Shown piece by piece: positions 52,490 through 61,637 of a stretch of DNA of 64,000 bases. The stretch spans positions 39,094 through 103,093 of the forward strand of contig JAZQTV010000108.1 in NCBI GenBank assembly GCA_045630945.1, read 5' to 3'. The stretch is from Clostridia bacterium (GTDB taxonomy: Bacteria > Bacillota > Clostridia > Christensenellales > QALW01). How positions within the stretch are numbered: position 1 is the first letter of the stretch; each line of letters opens with the position of its first letter. The notes beneath the pieces were generated by a model. That model was not told the DNA's origin and ran no database searches. It worked only from the letters and a program-made list of their open reading frames with translations. Made by a program: the position numbers and the translations under genes.

Positions 52490-54142
52490 CTATTTGTATG
52501 ACCAATTCTGATTAGAAAGTCTGATTCTTGAAACCTTACCCGTTTCCTTCTCCATATCTATGTTGATACTGTAATCTCTTTCCTTGTATTCGGAATATGA
52601 CCACATATGTGAATACGAGCCCTCATAATAATCAAGTTTATCAGACGAACTGTTTATACTGTCAAAGGAGCTATTGAAATCCACACCCAACGCTATCTGC
52701 ACGTTCACCTTATCGTAATCTGACACACTAACCGTATATACTGCGCAGTTTTCAACAGCAACCTGATATTCGGAATAATTTTTCACTATCACAGAAAGCC
52801 TCGCTTCACCCTTACTTAACGTAATGCTTGCAGTATTACCCGCAGGAACGTCGCCTGAGCTTTCCTTAATATTCCAGCCATCATTAATAAATTCACTTAC
52901 AGGTGCGGGTAATTCGTACAGCTTGCCTTCAACGGAAATAACGCTTGAAAATCCGCTTCCCATACTACTTGGTGCAACGTATTTTGATAAATATTCAGGT
53001 CTTTCAGTCTTTGTTTCGGTTTTTTCGTTGCTTTCCTTTTGATTGATAACGGTAATACTTGAATACTTAAGGTAGTCTGCTTTCGTATAGCACATAAACG
53101 AAACGCCGTTACTGTTGTTTTTATCACTGTAATATCTTAACGAAACGTAATCGGTACCGTCGTTTCTGTATCCGGGTGCGCCGTAAGCTTCAACTATTGC
53201 ATCAACGTCCGATAAAACAGTTATTCCTTTTGCAAGCTTGATATCGGTTATACTGCCATCCCATTCGATACCGCCCACAAGACAATCCTTAACCTCTCTT
53301 GCGTGACCGCTTGTGTTATATACCATTACGCCGATTTTCTTGCCGTTTTTGGACATATTGAAACTAAGAGTTTCTTTACCAAGAACCTTTGAGGTATCGC
53401 TTGTGCCTGATGAAGATATTGTCCAACCCATATTGCTTAAAACGGAATAATCGCAGGGAAGCTGAATGATTCCATCGCCCATATCAATGGTGAAATCAAA
53501 AAGTTCATCCGACATTTCGGGTGCAATGTAAACAGGCGGAAGCATATCTGAAGGATTTTCCGTTGCCGTAGGCGAGGATGCATCATCCTTATCCTTAGGA
53601 AGCGCAACGGTAATTACTATCGCAATTACAAGAACTATCGCAACCGCAATCAAGAAGAACGTTTTGCTTTTAAAGAAGCTTACCTCCTCCTTTTTCTCCT
53701 CTTTCTTTTCAGGTGTGCTTGCGGTAAAGCTTATACCGTCGCCACCACCAATAATGCCCTTTAATTCGCGAAGCATTTTTTCAATGGCGGCAGATTTATT
53801 TTCATATGCCGCATAACGCTGAACGTTTGTAAGGTAGAAATTAAAGTCATCCTTAAGCTTACAGTTTTCAAGCATAAACGGCAATATAACCTTGCCTTCG
53901 TTTATGGCGATATCAACCTCTCTTGAAACCCACTTGGATGCCTGTGATTTTGAGGATAAAATAAGCACAAACGCTTTTGCGCCCCTTATTGCCTGAGGTA
54001 TTTCGGAAGCGTAGCTTGCGCCGCCCTGAATGCAATCGGGTGCCATCCAACAGGAAATTCCGTTTGCCTCAAGCACGTCCCTTACCCAACGTGCTTCTTC
54101 AAGCTCTTCAGCCTTATAGCTTATAAATACGTCCTTCTGCAT
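52490..54142 (-). CDS. TIR-domain protein with a single TM helix and two tandem extracytoplasmic repeat domains
   Basis: N-terminal TIR_2 pattern: DVFISYKAEE...A.WV...L...GISCWMAP.....G..Y..EI..AI..AK.FVLILS..S..SKWVSREVD (Glu75 at the catalytic-Glu position). The TM helix FFLIAVAIVLVIAIVITVAL spans residues about 161-181 (nt about 53600-53662). Two domains of about 150 aa follow that align to each other (GIIQLPCDYSVLSNMGWTISSSG.../GKLYELPAPVSEFINDGWNIKESSG..., ending ITVINQ / IRLSNQ). Confidence 0.8.
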   Translation of the reverse strand: MQKDVFISYKAEELEEARWVRDVLEANGISCWMAPDCIQGGASYASEIPQAIRGAKAFVLILSSKSQASKWVSREVDIAINEGKVILPFMLENCKLKDDFNFYLTNVQRYAAYENKSAAIEKMLRELKGIIGGGDGISFTASTPEKKEEKKEEVSFFKSKTFFLIAVAIVLVIAIVITVALPKDKDDASSPTATENPSDMLPPVYIAPEMSDELFDFTIDMGDGIIQLPCDYSVLSNMGWTISSSGTSDTSKVLGKETLSFNMSKNGKKIGVMVYNTSGHAREVKDCLVGGIEWDGSITDIKLAKGITVLSDVDAIVEAYGAPGYRNDGTDYVSLRYYSDKNNSNGVSFMCYTKADYLKYSSITVINQKESNEKTETKTERPEYLSKYVAPSSMGSGFSSVISVEGKLYELPAPVSEFINDGWNIKESSGDVPAGNTASITLSKGEARLSVIVKNYSEYQVAVENCAVYTVSVSDYDKVNVQIALGVDFNSSFDSINSSSDKLDYYEGSYSHMWSYSEYKERDYSINIDMEKETGKVSRIRLSNQNWSYK

Positions 54143-54159
54143 AAATACAAACCTTTCAT

Positions 54160-54816
54160 CTATAAATTATTTGTAGTTAAATTACACATTTTAATAAAAT
54201 ATTCGAATATGCTTTTTCCGTCAACAGTATCTGATCTTAAATGCTCACCGCACATACGCTCAGGATGAAACTGCACCGCAATTACAGGAAGCACCGTATG
54301 CTCAATAGCCTCAACTATCCTTCCGCACCTTGCAGTAACGTTAAAGCCGTCACCCAGCGTGTTTACCGCCTGATGATGATTACTGTTTACATAAAACTCT
54401 TCACCGTACAAGTCCTTTAAAATACCAAAAGCACAAATCTTATGCACCGCATCACCCTGCTTTTGATGCTTATCCCGTTCCTTTATATCCTGAATAAGCG
54501 TTCCGCCAAAATACACGTTAAGCATTTGAAGTCCACGGCAAATACCTAAAACGGGCAGCCTTCTTTTAACAAAATACTCTGTTAAAAGCAGTTCTTCCTT
54601 ATCCCGATTTTTATCAATGCCTACCGCACCGCTAACGACTTCACCGTAAATTGACGGTTCGATATCACCGCCGCCGCAAAGAATGAGTCCGTCATAGCTT
54701 GTGCCAATGCAAAATTCCTTTTTTGCAATACCGCCCGCGCAATTTACCGCACTTAAATAATTTTCGGTTTTAAGATTTCCCGAAAGTAATATAACAGGTT
54801 TTTTCATATTTATCAC
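54160..54816 (-). CDS. Gamma-glutamyl-gamma-aminobutyrate hydrolase-like peptidase C26 (class I glutamine amidotransferase fold)
   Basis: PVLGICRGLQMLNV (nucleophile elbow), NSNHHQAV and QFHPE (His-Glu). Confidence 0.8.
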   Translation of the reverse strand: MINMKKPVILLSGNLKTENYLSAVNCAGGIAKKEFCIGTSYDGLILCGGGDIEPSIYGEVVSGAVGIDKNRDKEELLLTEYFVKRRLPVLGICRGLQMLNVYFGGTLIQDIKERDKHQKQGDAVHKICAFGILKDLYGEEFYVNSNHHQAVNTLGDGFNVTARCGRIVEAIEHTVLPVIAVQFHPERMCGEHLRSDTVDGKSIFEYFIKMCNLTTNNL

Positions 54817-54842
54817 CTGTTAAATTATATGCCTAAGCTTTA

Positions 54843-55979
54843 TCAGATTGCCTTTAAAACAAGCATAAGCCCCGTAAGAATTATAAGAAAACCAAAGTTA
54901 AACAGTGAAAACATACCGATGTAATGCCCCGTCTTATCGGGATTATGCTTTACGTATTCACGGAACGTTATCAAGCTTGCAAGTGACGAAATAAGCGTAC
55001 CAACACCACCGATATTTACGCCAACCAGCAAATCGGCATAATTCCCCGTGAACTGCGAAAGCAGAATAGCCGACGGAACGTTACTTATAAACTGACATGA
55101 AACAACGCTGAATAAAAGCGTATTTTTCTGCAACAGCCAAGAAAAGCCGTTTCTTATTGCTTCTATCCTTGCCATATTGCCTGCAAAGATAAAGAAAAAT
55201 ACAAAGGTGAAAAGCAAGCCGTAATCCACCATTTTGAGTGCTTTTCTATCAACAATCATCAGCACCGTGGGAATTACTATAAGCCCTATCCAATAAGGAA
55301 TACCCCTAAACACAATTACAATGGAAAGCGCAAAAAGGACAAGATATAAAACCGTGCGTTTGGGGTCAAGCACTATACGCTCATCATCAAGGCTTAACGG
55401 CTCGGGCTTTACAAAAATAATACAACACAAGGTTATTAAAAGCACCGAAATAACGAACGGAGGTGCCATAATAGTCATAAATTCAAGATTAGGTATTTCA
55501 AACCGTGTGTACAGATACAGGTTTTGAGGATTACCAAAGGGTGTAAGCATTCCGCCTAAATTTGCGGCAATGTTCTGCATAATAAAGGTGAACGCCATAT
55601 ACTTTTCCTTACCTGTTGAGGTAAGCACGAAAAACCCAAGCGGCAAAAACGTCAATAACGCCATATCGTTTGCAATCAGCATTGAGCCGATAAACGTAAT
55701 GTACACAAGCGCAAGCACGCTCATCCTTGCTGTTTTAAAAAGCCGAACTACCTTTCTTGCAAGCATATAAAAGAAGTTAATATTCTTTAATGCGCAAACC
55801 ACCGCAAGCACGCAGAAAAGACAGGTAAGCGTTTTATAATCAAAATACCCCAGATATTCCTTATCAACGGGAATAAAAATACTTGTTATTACCGCCGCTA
55901 TAAAAGCAATACACATAACTGCATTCTTTTTAACAAACGCAATTATTTTATCCCGCGCCGAAGATACTTTATTTTCCAT
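54843..55979 (-). CDS. Anion permease of the ArsB/NhaD / SLC13 (citrate-transporter-like) superfamily
   Basis: Start at ATG 55979 (MENKVSS) after the AAAGGAAAG RBS. It is polytopic. LIANDMALLTFLP and LTPFGNPQNLYLY are typical motifs of this superfamily. Confidence 0.7.
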   Translation of the reverse strand: MENKVSSARDKIIAFVKKNAVMCIAFIAAVITSIFIPVDKEYLGYFDYKTLTCLFCVLAVVCALKNINFFYMLARKVVRLFKTARMSVLALVYITFIGSMLIANDMALLTFLPLGFFVLTSTGKEKYMAFTFIMQNIAANLGGMLTPFGNPQNLYLYTRFEIPNLEFMTIMAPPFVISVLLITLCCIIFVKPEPLSLDDERIVLDPKRTVLYLVLFALSIVIVFRGIPYWIGLIVIPTVLMIVDRKALKMVDYGLLFTFVFFFIFAGNMARIEAIRNGFSWLLQKNTLLFSVVSCQFISNVPSAILLSQFTGNYADLLVGVNIGGVGTLISSLASLITFREYVKHNPDKTGHYIGMFSLFNFGFLIILTGLMLVLKAI

Positions 55980-56088
55980 TAGTCGCTTTCCTTTATAGAC
56001 GCGCTCACTTCCCAACGCTTACGTTAAAATGTGCCACGGTCACTTACTATCACAAAATTACTTTACTAACTGACGTACGCCACCTTTA

Positions 56089-56117
56089 ATTTTACCACAT
56101 TATTTTTTTTAAAGCAA
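56089..56117 (-). promoter_or_regulatory. Sigma-A-type promoter of the permease/C26/TIR/GATase operon
   Basis: On the minus strand: TTGCTT(56117-56112), 17-nt spacer ending in TGG, TAAAAT(56094-56089). This leaves a leader of about 100 nt before ATG 55979. Confidence 0.45.
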
Positions 56118-56166
56118 GCACCGATTGCTTAAAACAAAGCTTTTGCTTCGTTTTTGAAGCAAACCC

Positions 56167-56193
56167 ATAAAAAATACAGGCCGTAGGCCTGTA
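56167..56193 (-). terminator. Intrinsic terminator after the metallophosphoesterase gene
   Basis: tacaggcc(56175-56182)/ggcctgta(56186-56193). On the minus strand it is followed by TTTTTTAT. Confidence 0.7.
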
Positions 56194-56196
56194 TTT

Positions 56197-56898
56197 TCAT
56201 TCATCTAAAACCAATACGTTTATCTGCTTTGAATCGCAGGTGCCCGCATCAATGGCAATAAGCCCGTTACCGTAATATATATCAGCGCAGCTCATATGCC
56301 GAGTATCATCAATAAGCCTTGCAATAAGCGTGGGCATATGACCGCAAACGACGGTTTTATCCGCTAACGGTCTTTCGCCGGTATATCTTTCGCTCCATTT
56401 TACCCAACGCGCCTTTGCCCATTCTTCGCTTGAGGCTTTTTTTCTTTCTTCCTTGGTATCCCCTATAAACCAGCCGTGCACAAAAAGGTGATTTTCGGTT
56501 TCATAGTAATCCGACGTACTGTTTATAAAATCTACTATTCTGTCTACCGTACGGCTTTTCCCCGAAAAATCGAGGCTATCGTCAACAGGATCGATAAAGT
56601 TGTTGCCAAAGAATTCAGTCAAGGTCTGCACAGTACCGTTTACGTAGTTGTGCATCTGCAACTTACCCGTGTACAGAACCTTTAATAAAAGATCCTCATG
56701 ATTGCCACGCAATAGTACCTTGTTTTCGATTCTTTCAAAGAACTTAAGCACCTGCACATTTTCGGTACCTCTGTCGAAATAATCGCCAAGGCACACCAAA
56801 AGATGCGAGCTGTCGTTTTCATTATAGCCTGCGTTATCAAGTGCGTTTTTTAACAGGGTGTAATGTCCGTGGATATCAGATACGACAAACGTTTTCAT
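56197..56898 (-). CDS. Metallophosphoesterase (Ser/Thr phosphatase / ApaH-PrpE-like)
   Basis: SDIHGH, GDYFDRG, RGNHE and VHGW/CGH are calcineurin-like phosphoesterase motifs. Confidence 0.75.
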   Translation of the reverse strand: MKTFVVSDIHGHYTLLKNALDNAGYNENDSSHLLVCLGDYFDRGTENVQVLKFFERIENKVLLRGNHEDLLLKVLYTGKLQMHNYVNGTVQTLTEFFGNNFIDPVDDSLDFSGKSRTVDRIVDFINSTSDYYETENHLFVHGWFIGDTKEERKKASSEEWAKARWVKWSERYTGERPLADKTVVCGHMPTLIARLIDDTRHMSCADIYYGNGLIAIDAGTCDSKQINVLVLDE

Positions 56899-57806
56899 AT
56901 TATTTCACCTGCTTTAAGCGCATCAAGCACCTCGGCATATACGGGTATTGACGGTGCGGCGCCCATTCTTGACACCGCAATGGATGCCGCCATTGCCGCT
57001 ACACTTAATATTTCGCCAATATTTCCGTTCTCGGTAATTCCCTTAACGAAATATCCCGTGAACGTATCCCCTGCCGCAGTAGTATCAACCGCATTTGCTT
57101 TATATGCTATTTGGAATACGGTGCTTCCGTTTTCAAGATAAACGCTTCCGTTTACCCCAAGCGTAAGCATTACCTTTAACTGCGGATAGCGCTTTTTAAA
57201 ATATTCAAGAATACCTGAAGATTCACTGCATCCCGTTATCGCCTTGGCTTCAACCTCATTCAAAATAACGTAGGTAAGCTTATTAAAATCGACTTCCTTT
57301 ATTTTTTCGTCCATAGGCGAAGGATTAAAAACGGTGGTCATTCCCTTTTTGTAAGCCTGTTCTACAATATACCCCGTAAGGTTGGTTTCGTTTTGCAAAA
57401 GAACGGTATCCCCCGAAGAAAAGCCTTCAAGCACGTTATCGATATAATCTGCGGTAAGCATTCTGTTTGAGCCCGGATACAAAAATATAGAATTTTCGCC
57501 CTTTTTGCTCACCTGAATTATTGCATGACCGCAAGGCGCATCAACGGTTTTAATTAAGCTTGTATCAACACCGCTTTCAGATAAGGCTTCCTTTAAAAAC
57601 GCACCGTCTGCACCGATACAGCCTGCGTGAAACACCCGTGCGCCTGCGCGTGCCGCAGCGATGGACTGATTAAGTCCCTTTCCGCCTGAAAATATTTCAA
57701 GCTTATCCGTGGTTTCCGTTTCTCCGTCCCTTACTATATGGTCAAGTGAATACACGTGATCGACGTTTAAAGAGCCGATGTTAAGTATCTTCATCTTTTT
57801 CCTCAT
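56895..57806 (-). CDS. rbsK: Ribokinase (PfkB family)
   Basis: GSLNVDH, GGKGLNQSIAAARAG, NEVEA and TTAAGDTFTGYF (the anion hole/DTxGAGD equivalent). Confidence 0.7.
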   Translation of the reverse strand: MRKKMKILNIGSLNVDHVYSLDHIVRDGETETTDKLEIFSGGKGLNQSIAAARAGARVFHAGCIGADGAFLKEALSESGVDTSLIKTVDAPCGHAIIQVSKKGENSIFLYPGSNRMLTADYIDNVLEGFSSGDTVLLQNETNLTGYIVEQAYKKGMTTVFNPSPMDEKIKEVDFNKLTYVILNEVEAKAITGCSESSGILEYFKKRYPQLKVMLTLGVNGSVYLENGSTVFQIAYKANAVDTTAAGDTFTGYFVKGITENGNIGEILSVAAMAASIAVSRMGAAPSIPVYAEVLDALKAGEII

Positions 57807-58447
57807 TTCATCTTGTTAAAGGTGTCAAGCCACAGTCTTTTGATTACCTCGTGACCGTAAGCGGTGGGATGAACACCGTCTGCCGTCCAGTAATCAGCCG
57901 GCGCTTTCTTTAACGCTTCATCAAAAGCAGGCTGAAGTTCAATAAGCGGGAAACCGTATTTTTCAGCTATGCGTTTTGAAACCTCTGCCTTTTCCCCAAC
58001 GTCAACGTTAAAGCGCTCAAGTCTGTCGGGAATATCCTCGGTATTGCAGGTTGCCACGCCCTCAAGCACGAAGGGTGCAATAATTATTATTTTGGTATCG
58101 GGGCAAGCCTCCTGTATTTCATCGATAAGCATAGTATATATTTTTTCGAATTTTTTAGTATCCACACCGTTCTGACGGCTTATTTCGTGCCAGGTATCGT
58201 TTACACCGATATATATACTTAAAACGTCAGGCTTTAAGTTGATAAGATCGATTTTAATACGCGCATAAAGGTCAACGATTCTGTTGCCGCTTATGCCGCG
58301 ATTAATAAATTCATATTCATTGGGTGAATCCATTTCCATCCAATTTTTTACCAAAAGCGGATATCCGCTACCCATATTGTAAAATTCTTCTCTGTTTCTG
58401 CCACAGTCGGTTATTGAGTCACCTTGAAATAAAATTCTGATTGCCAT
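57803..58447 (-). CDS. SGNH/GDSL hydrolase family protein
   Basis: ILFQGDSITD (block I), GISGN (block II), GVND (block III) and DGVHPT (block V). Confidence 0.75.
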   Translation of the reverse strand: MAIRILFQGDSITDCGRNREEFYNMGSGYPLLVKNWMEMDSPNEYEFINRGISGNRIVDLYARIKIDLINLKPDVLSIYIGVNDTWHEISRQNGVDTKKFEKIYTMLIDEIQEACPDTKIIIIAPFVLEGVATCNTEDIPDRLERFNVDVGEKAEVSKRIAEKYGFPLIELQPAFDEALKKAPADYWTADGVHPTAYGHEVIKRLWLDTFNKMK

Positions 58448-58481
58448 TGTTTTTTTTCCTTTTTTGATTTATTAGATTATA

Positions 58482-60749
58482 TCAACAATCTTTAGCGCCT
58501 GTCAAGATTTCAAGCACGGTTTCATTGCCGTTTGCCGTTTTATTTACGCACGTTACGCAAGAAAAGTCATACTCAACGGTAAAATCACCGTCGCATTTAA
58601 CGATAAGAAACATTTTGCCGTTTTCCTTTTTCCACGAAACGAACACCGCACCGTTATCCCTTTTATATGAACCCAAAGCATAATCCATTTCCTTTAGCGT
58701 GCAGGGCTTAATAAGAATATGCTTATGATTTTCGCCGTTGGGATTTACGTTTATGCCCAGAATATTTTTAAGAAACCAACTTGAAATATCCCCGAACATA
58801 TGGTGGTTTAACGAGGTAAGACTTCCTCCACCTACACGCTTTAAGCTTTCGCCTGCTTCCGTTTCATAAAATCTTTCCCACAGCGCAGTTTGTCCCTTCT
58901 TTGCCCATTCGCCCCAGCTTGGAAATTCGGGACCGATTATCATTTTAAGTGCAAGGTCACCATATCCGTAACGGCTTAACACGTGAAAAAGCTCTCGCGC
59001 GCCAAGTATGCCCACACACATTTTGCCGTTGTTTTCACGTATTATTTCAACGAGTCTTTCTACTGCAATCTTACTTTCAGCCTCGGTAAACATTCCGTAA
59101 GCTATCATAAGCGCATATGCCGCCTGCGTTTCAATTTTCAGCGTACCGTCTTCGTTTAAGTAACCGCTTCTGAAATCACGGTATATTTCCTGCCTGATTT
59201 TTTCGGAATACTCGTATTCCGCTTTCATATCAAGCTTTTTAAAAATGAACGAAGCTATTCGGGTAAGGTTATAGCAGGTAAGTGTATCCGTTACTTCAAG
59301 GGGCGTAGTAGGATTCCATGTATTTACCTCACACCAATCGCCTAAGCCGTAAGCAAAGCCGTGTTCACCTTTTTTAGTCATCATATACTTAAGATACCTG
59401 AAAAGCGCAGGGGCATTTTCCTTTAAAATTTCAGTATCACCGGTGTATTTATAAACGTAATATGGGATAACGCCTATGACCTGATCCCACGCAGGCCCGT
59501 TCCCCCATTCAAATCCCCAGCCTGTTGTTGGCACTATTCCGGGGAACGTACCCTCGTCATTTTGCGCCCCACGCACGTTACGCATCCATTCCTTGAAATT
59601 TATTTCAGATGAATAGTTAAAAAGCATATACTCTGCCGAAAGTGCCGCATCCCCTGTCCATCCGTTCTTTTCCCTGTGGGGACAATCGGTAGGGATATGA
59701 TAAAAGTTTGAGCGCGCCGAATTCTTACACATTGTCTGAAGCTTATTTACAATGGGGTCGGAACATTCGAACTCCGTCAGCTCATCAAAATCAGTACTGT
59801 AAACGTGGTAGGTAAGCAGTTCCTTTGTCGCCTGTTCTTCGGTTAATCCCTCCACAAGCACGTACTGAAAGCCGTGGTAAGTAAAGGAAGGCTCGTACAC
59901 ATCTTCACCCGTTCCCTTTAAAACGTAGATATCCTTATGAGCAAGCTCACGGTTAGTTTTTGAATTGTAAAGGTTTTCAAGGTCAAGCTCACCATCAAGC
60001 ACTACCTCACCGTAATAAAGGGTGAGCCTTTGTCCCCTTTCGCCCTTTATTTTAATTTGGCACAAACCTGCGCTGTTGTAGCCGAAATCGTATATATAGC
60101 CGCGGCTTGATTTAATTATGCGTTCAGGATAAACCGTACATATTTTTTTGATGGGCGGAACGGTACCTAACACCCGCTCACCCTTGGGCACCGATGCGTA
60201 CTGACAGTTTTTCCATAAGGAATCGTCAAAGCAGGCAAGATTCCAATTTTCAATCTCAAGCCTTGCATCATAATGGGTTCCGTATCTGAGGTCGTCAAAC
60301 AAAACGGGTGACTCGGTCCACTTAAACGTTTCGTCTGCTTCAAAAAGCAACGCACCGTCCTTAACAAAGGAAAGTGCAACCTTGGGGCTTCCCACGAATT
60401 CGCCCACGTTTAACCGCCAATTTTCACCGCCCAGCGCATTTTGCATACCGTTACCAAGCATTATACCGATGCAGTTTTCGCCCTTTTTTATAAGCGCGGT
60501 AACGTCATATTCATCATAATATACTACGTCGTCGGGATTGGATATATACGGTGAAAGAAGACCCCTTGTAATTTCCGTGCCGTTAACAAACAACCTATAA
60601 AAGCCAAGACCGCAAATAGATATGCGTGCATTGTTAAATGCTTCTATATTAAAGGTTTTTCTGATATACGGTGCGTTTACAAAGCCTTCGTTTGTTGAAA
60701 ACGCCCTGTCACCACAGATGAAGCTTGTTGAAAAGTGCATTATGCTCAT
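58482..60749 (-). CDS. Alpha-L-rhamnosidase (GH78 family), second copy
   Basis: N-terminal YIRKTFNIE...FYRLFVNG. DCPHREKNGWTGDAALS has the same GH78 catalytic-domain motif as the 14117-16759 gene. Confidence 0.75.
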   Translation of the reverse strand: MSIMHFSTSFICGDRAFSTNEGFVNAPYIRKTFNIEAFNNARISICGLGFYRLFVNGTEITRGLLSPYISNPDDVVYYDEYDVTALIKKGENCIGIMLGNGMQNALGGENWRLNVGEFVGSPKVALSFVKDGALLFEADETFKWTESPVLFDDLRYGTHYDARLEIENWNLACFDDSLWKNCQYASVPKGERVLGTVPPIKKICTVYPERIIKSSRGYIYDFGYNSAGLCQIKIKGERGQRLTLYYGEVVLDGELDLENLYNSKTNRELAHKDIYVLKGTGEDVYEPSFTYHGFQYVLVEGLTEEQATKELLTYHVYSTDFDELTEFECSDPIVNKLQTMCKNSARSNFYHIPTDCPHREKNGWTGDAALSAEYMLFNYSSEINFKEWMRNVRGAQNDEGTFPGIVPTTGWGFEWGNGPAWDQVIGVIPYYVYKYTGDTEILKENAPALFRYLKYMMTKKGEHGFAYGLGDWCEVNTWNPTTPLEVTDTLTCYNLTRIASFIFKKLDMKAEYEYSEKIRQEIYRDFRSGYLNEDGTLKIETQAAYALMIAYGMFTEAESKIAVERLVEIIRENNGKMCVGILGARELFHVLSRYGYGDLALKMIIGPEFPSWGEWAKKGQTALWERFYETEAGESLKRVGGGSLTSLNHHMFGDISSWFLKNILGINVNPNGENHKHILIKPCTLKEMDYALGSYKRDNGAVFVSWKKENGKMFLIVKCDGDFTVEYDFSCVTCVNKTANGNETVLEILTGAKDC

Positions 60750-60827
60750 TCCTTTCGCATCAGGTATTCTGCAATCATTATACCATATACGCCCCGTGAT
60801 TGCAATTTTTTTGCCGCCTTTACGTGT

Positions 60828-60872
60828 TTTTAAATAAAATTATCGCCCTCACAAGCACTTGCGGGGGCGATA
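60828..60872 (-). terminator. Putative intrinsic terminator after the ABC-2 permease gene
   Basis: tatcgccc(60841-60848)/gggcgata(60865-60872) with an imperfect inner stem. A T-rich tract follows on the minus strand. Confidence 0.45.
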
Positions 60873-60875
60873 TGA

Positions 60876-61637
60876 TTATAACTGTTTTTTATTGAATACG
60901 GGAATGCTTATCACGAAAGAAGCAACGCTTAATATTGCCGTTATCAAAAACGCAATAAGGTAATCTTCAGGCTTTAACGCACCGTAGATAAGCGCATTTG
61001 AGGAAGTAAGCATAGTAGGCAGATATTCTTCTATTTTAGGAATAAGCGCAAGCATATATGATACGATCACCGCACCGCCGCACCCAAGAAAAACACTTGT
61101 GCTTGAGCTTGACACCGTAGAAAAAAGCACCGCCATAGAAAGCACCCACAATCCGAACAACCACCAGCTTGCAGATGAAAAAGCAAGGCTTTGCACCACC
61201 GAATTATCCCAGAAATACGCATTGTAAAGGTAGGTAACGTAAAAGCAAAGCCAATACCCTGCCGTCCATAATCCGTAAAGCACAAACGCTTTTACGCAAA
61301 GCACGTTGCGCCTTTTAAGTCCTTTAGTCAACGACAGGATAAGTGTGCCCGAGGAATATTCCTTTGTAACAATGCCGCCCTGAAGCAGTACGAACGCTAT
61401 TAACGCAATGGGAATATTCTTAAAAAACTGCACCCACGAATCCATAGCGCTTACGTTTTGCACAGTTACCGTCATTCCGCTTTCAGCTAACGAATCCGCC
61501 ATTACCTCAAGCAGCCACGGCGTAAGCTTTGCAATCGCAGGATTCATAACACCGAAAAGCACGAATAAAATTGCCATAAACAGCATTTTGCCCGAGCGCA
61601 CCTGCTCAAGCAATTCTTTTTTTATAAAGGCGATCAT
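60876..61637 (-). CDS. ABC-2 family transporter permease (YxlG-like)
   Basis: 253 aa with about 6 TM helices. It overlaps the upstream ABC ATPase gene by 4 nt. Confidence 0.65.
   Translation of the reverse strand: MIAFIKKELLEQVRSGKMLFMAILFVLFGVMNPAIAKLTPWLLEVMADSLAESGMTVTVQNVSAMDSWVQFFKNIPIALIAFVLLQGGIVTKEYSSGTLILSLTKGLKRRNVLCVKAFVLYGLWTAGYWLCFYVTYLYNAYFWDNSVVQSLAFSSASWWLFGLWVLSMAVLFSTVSSSSTSVFLGCGGAVIVSYMLALIPKIEEYLPTMLTSSNALIYGALKPEDYLIAFLITAILSVASFVISIPVFNKKQL

Noticed and set aside
52490-54142. Calling the TIR protein a Thoeris ThsB
   Set aside because: No ThsA-type (SIR2/Macro/SLOG) effector gene is adjacent. The protein also has a TM helix plus a large ectodomain, unlike typical ThsB. 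I kept it as a TIR-TM sensor of unknown system.
56141-56160. Hairpin ttgcttc-gttttt-gaagcaa upstream of the permease operon promoter
   Set aside because: It has no adjacent U-run in either orientation and lies upstream of the -35 box. It is probably incidental, or part of the preceding terminator region.
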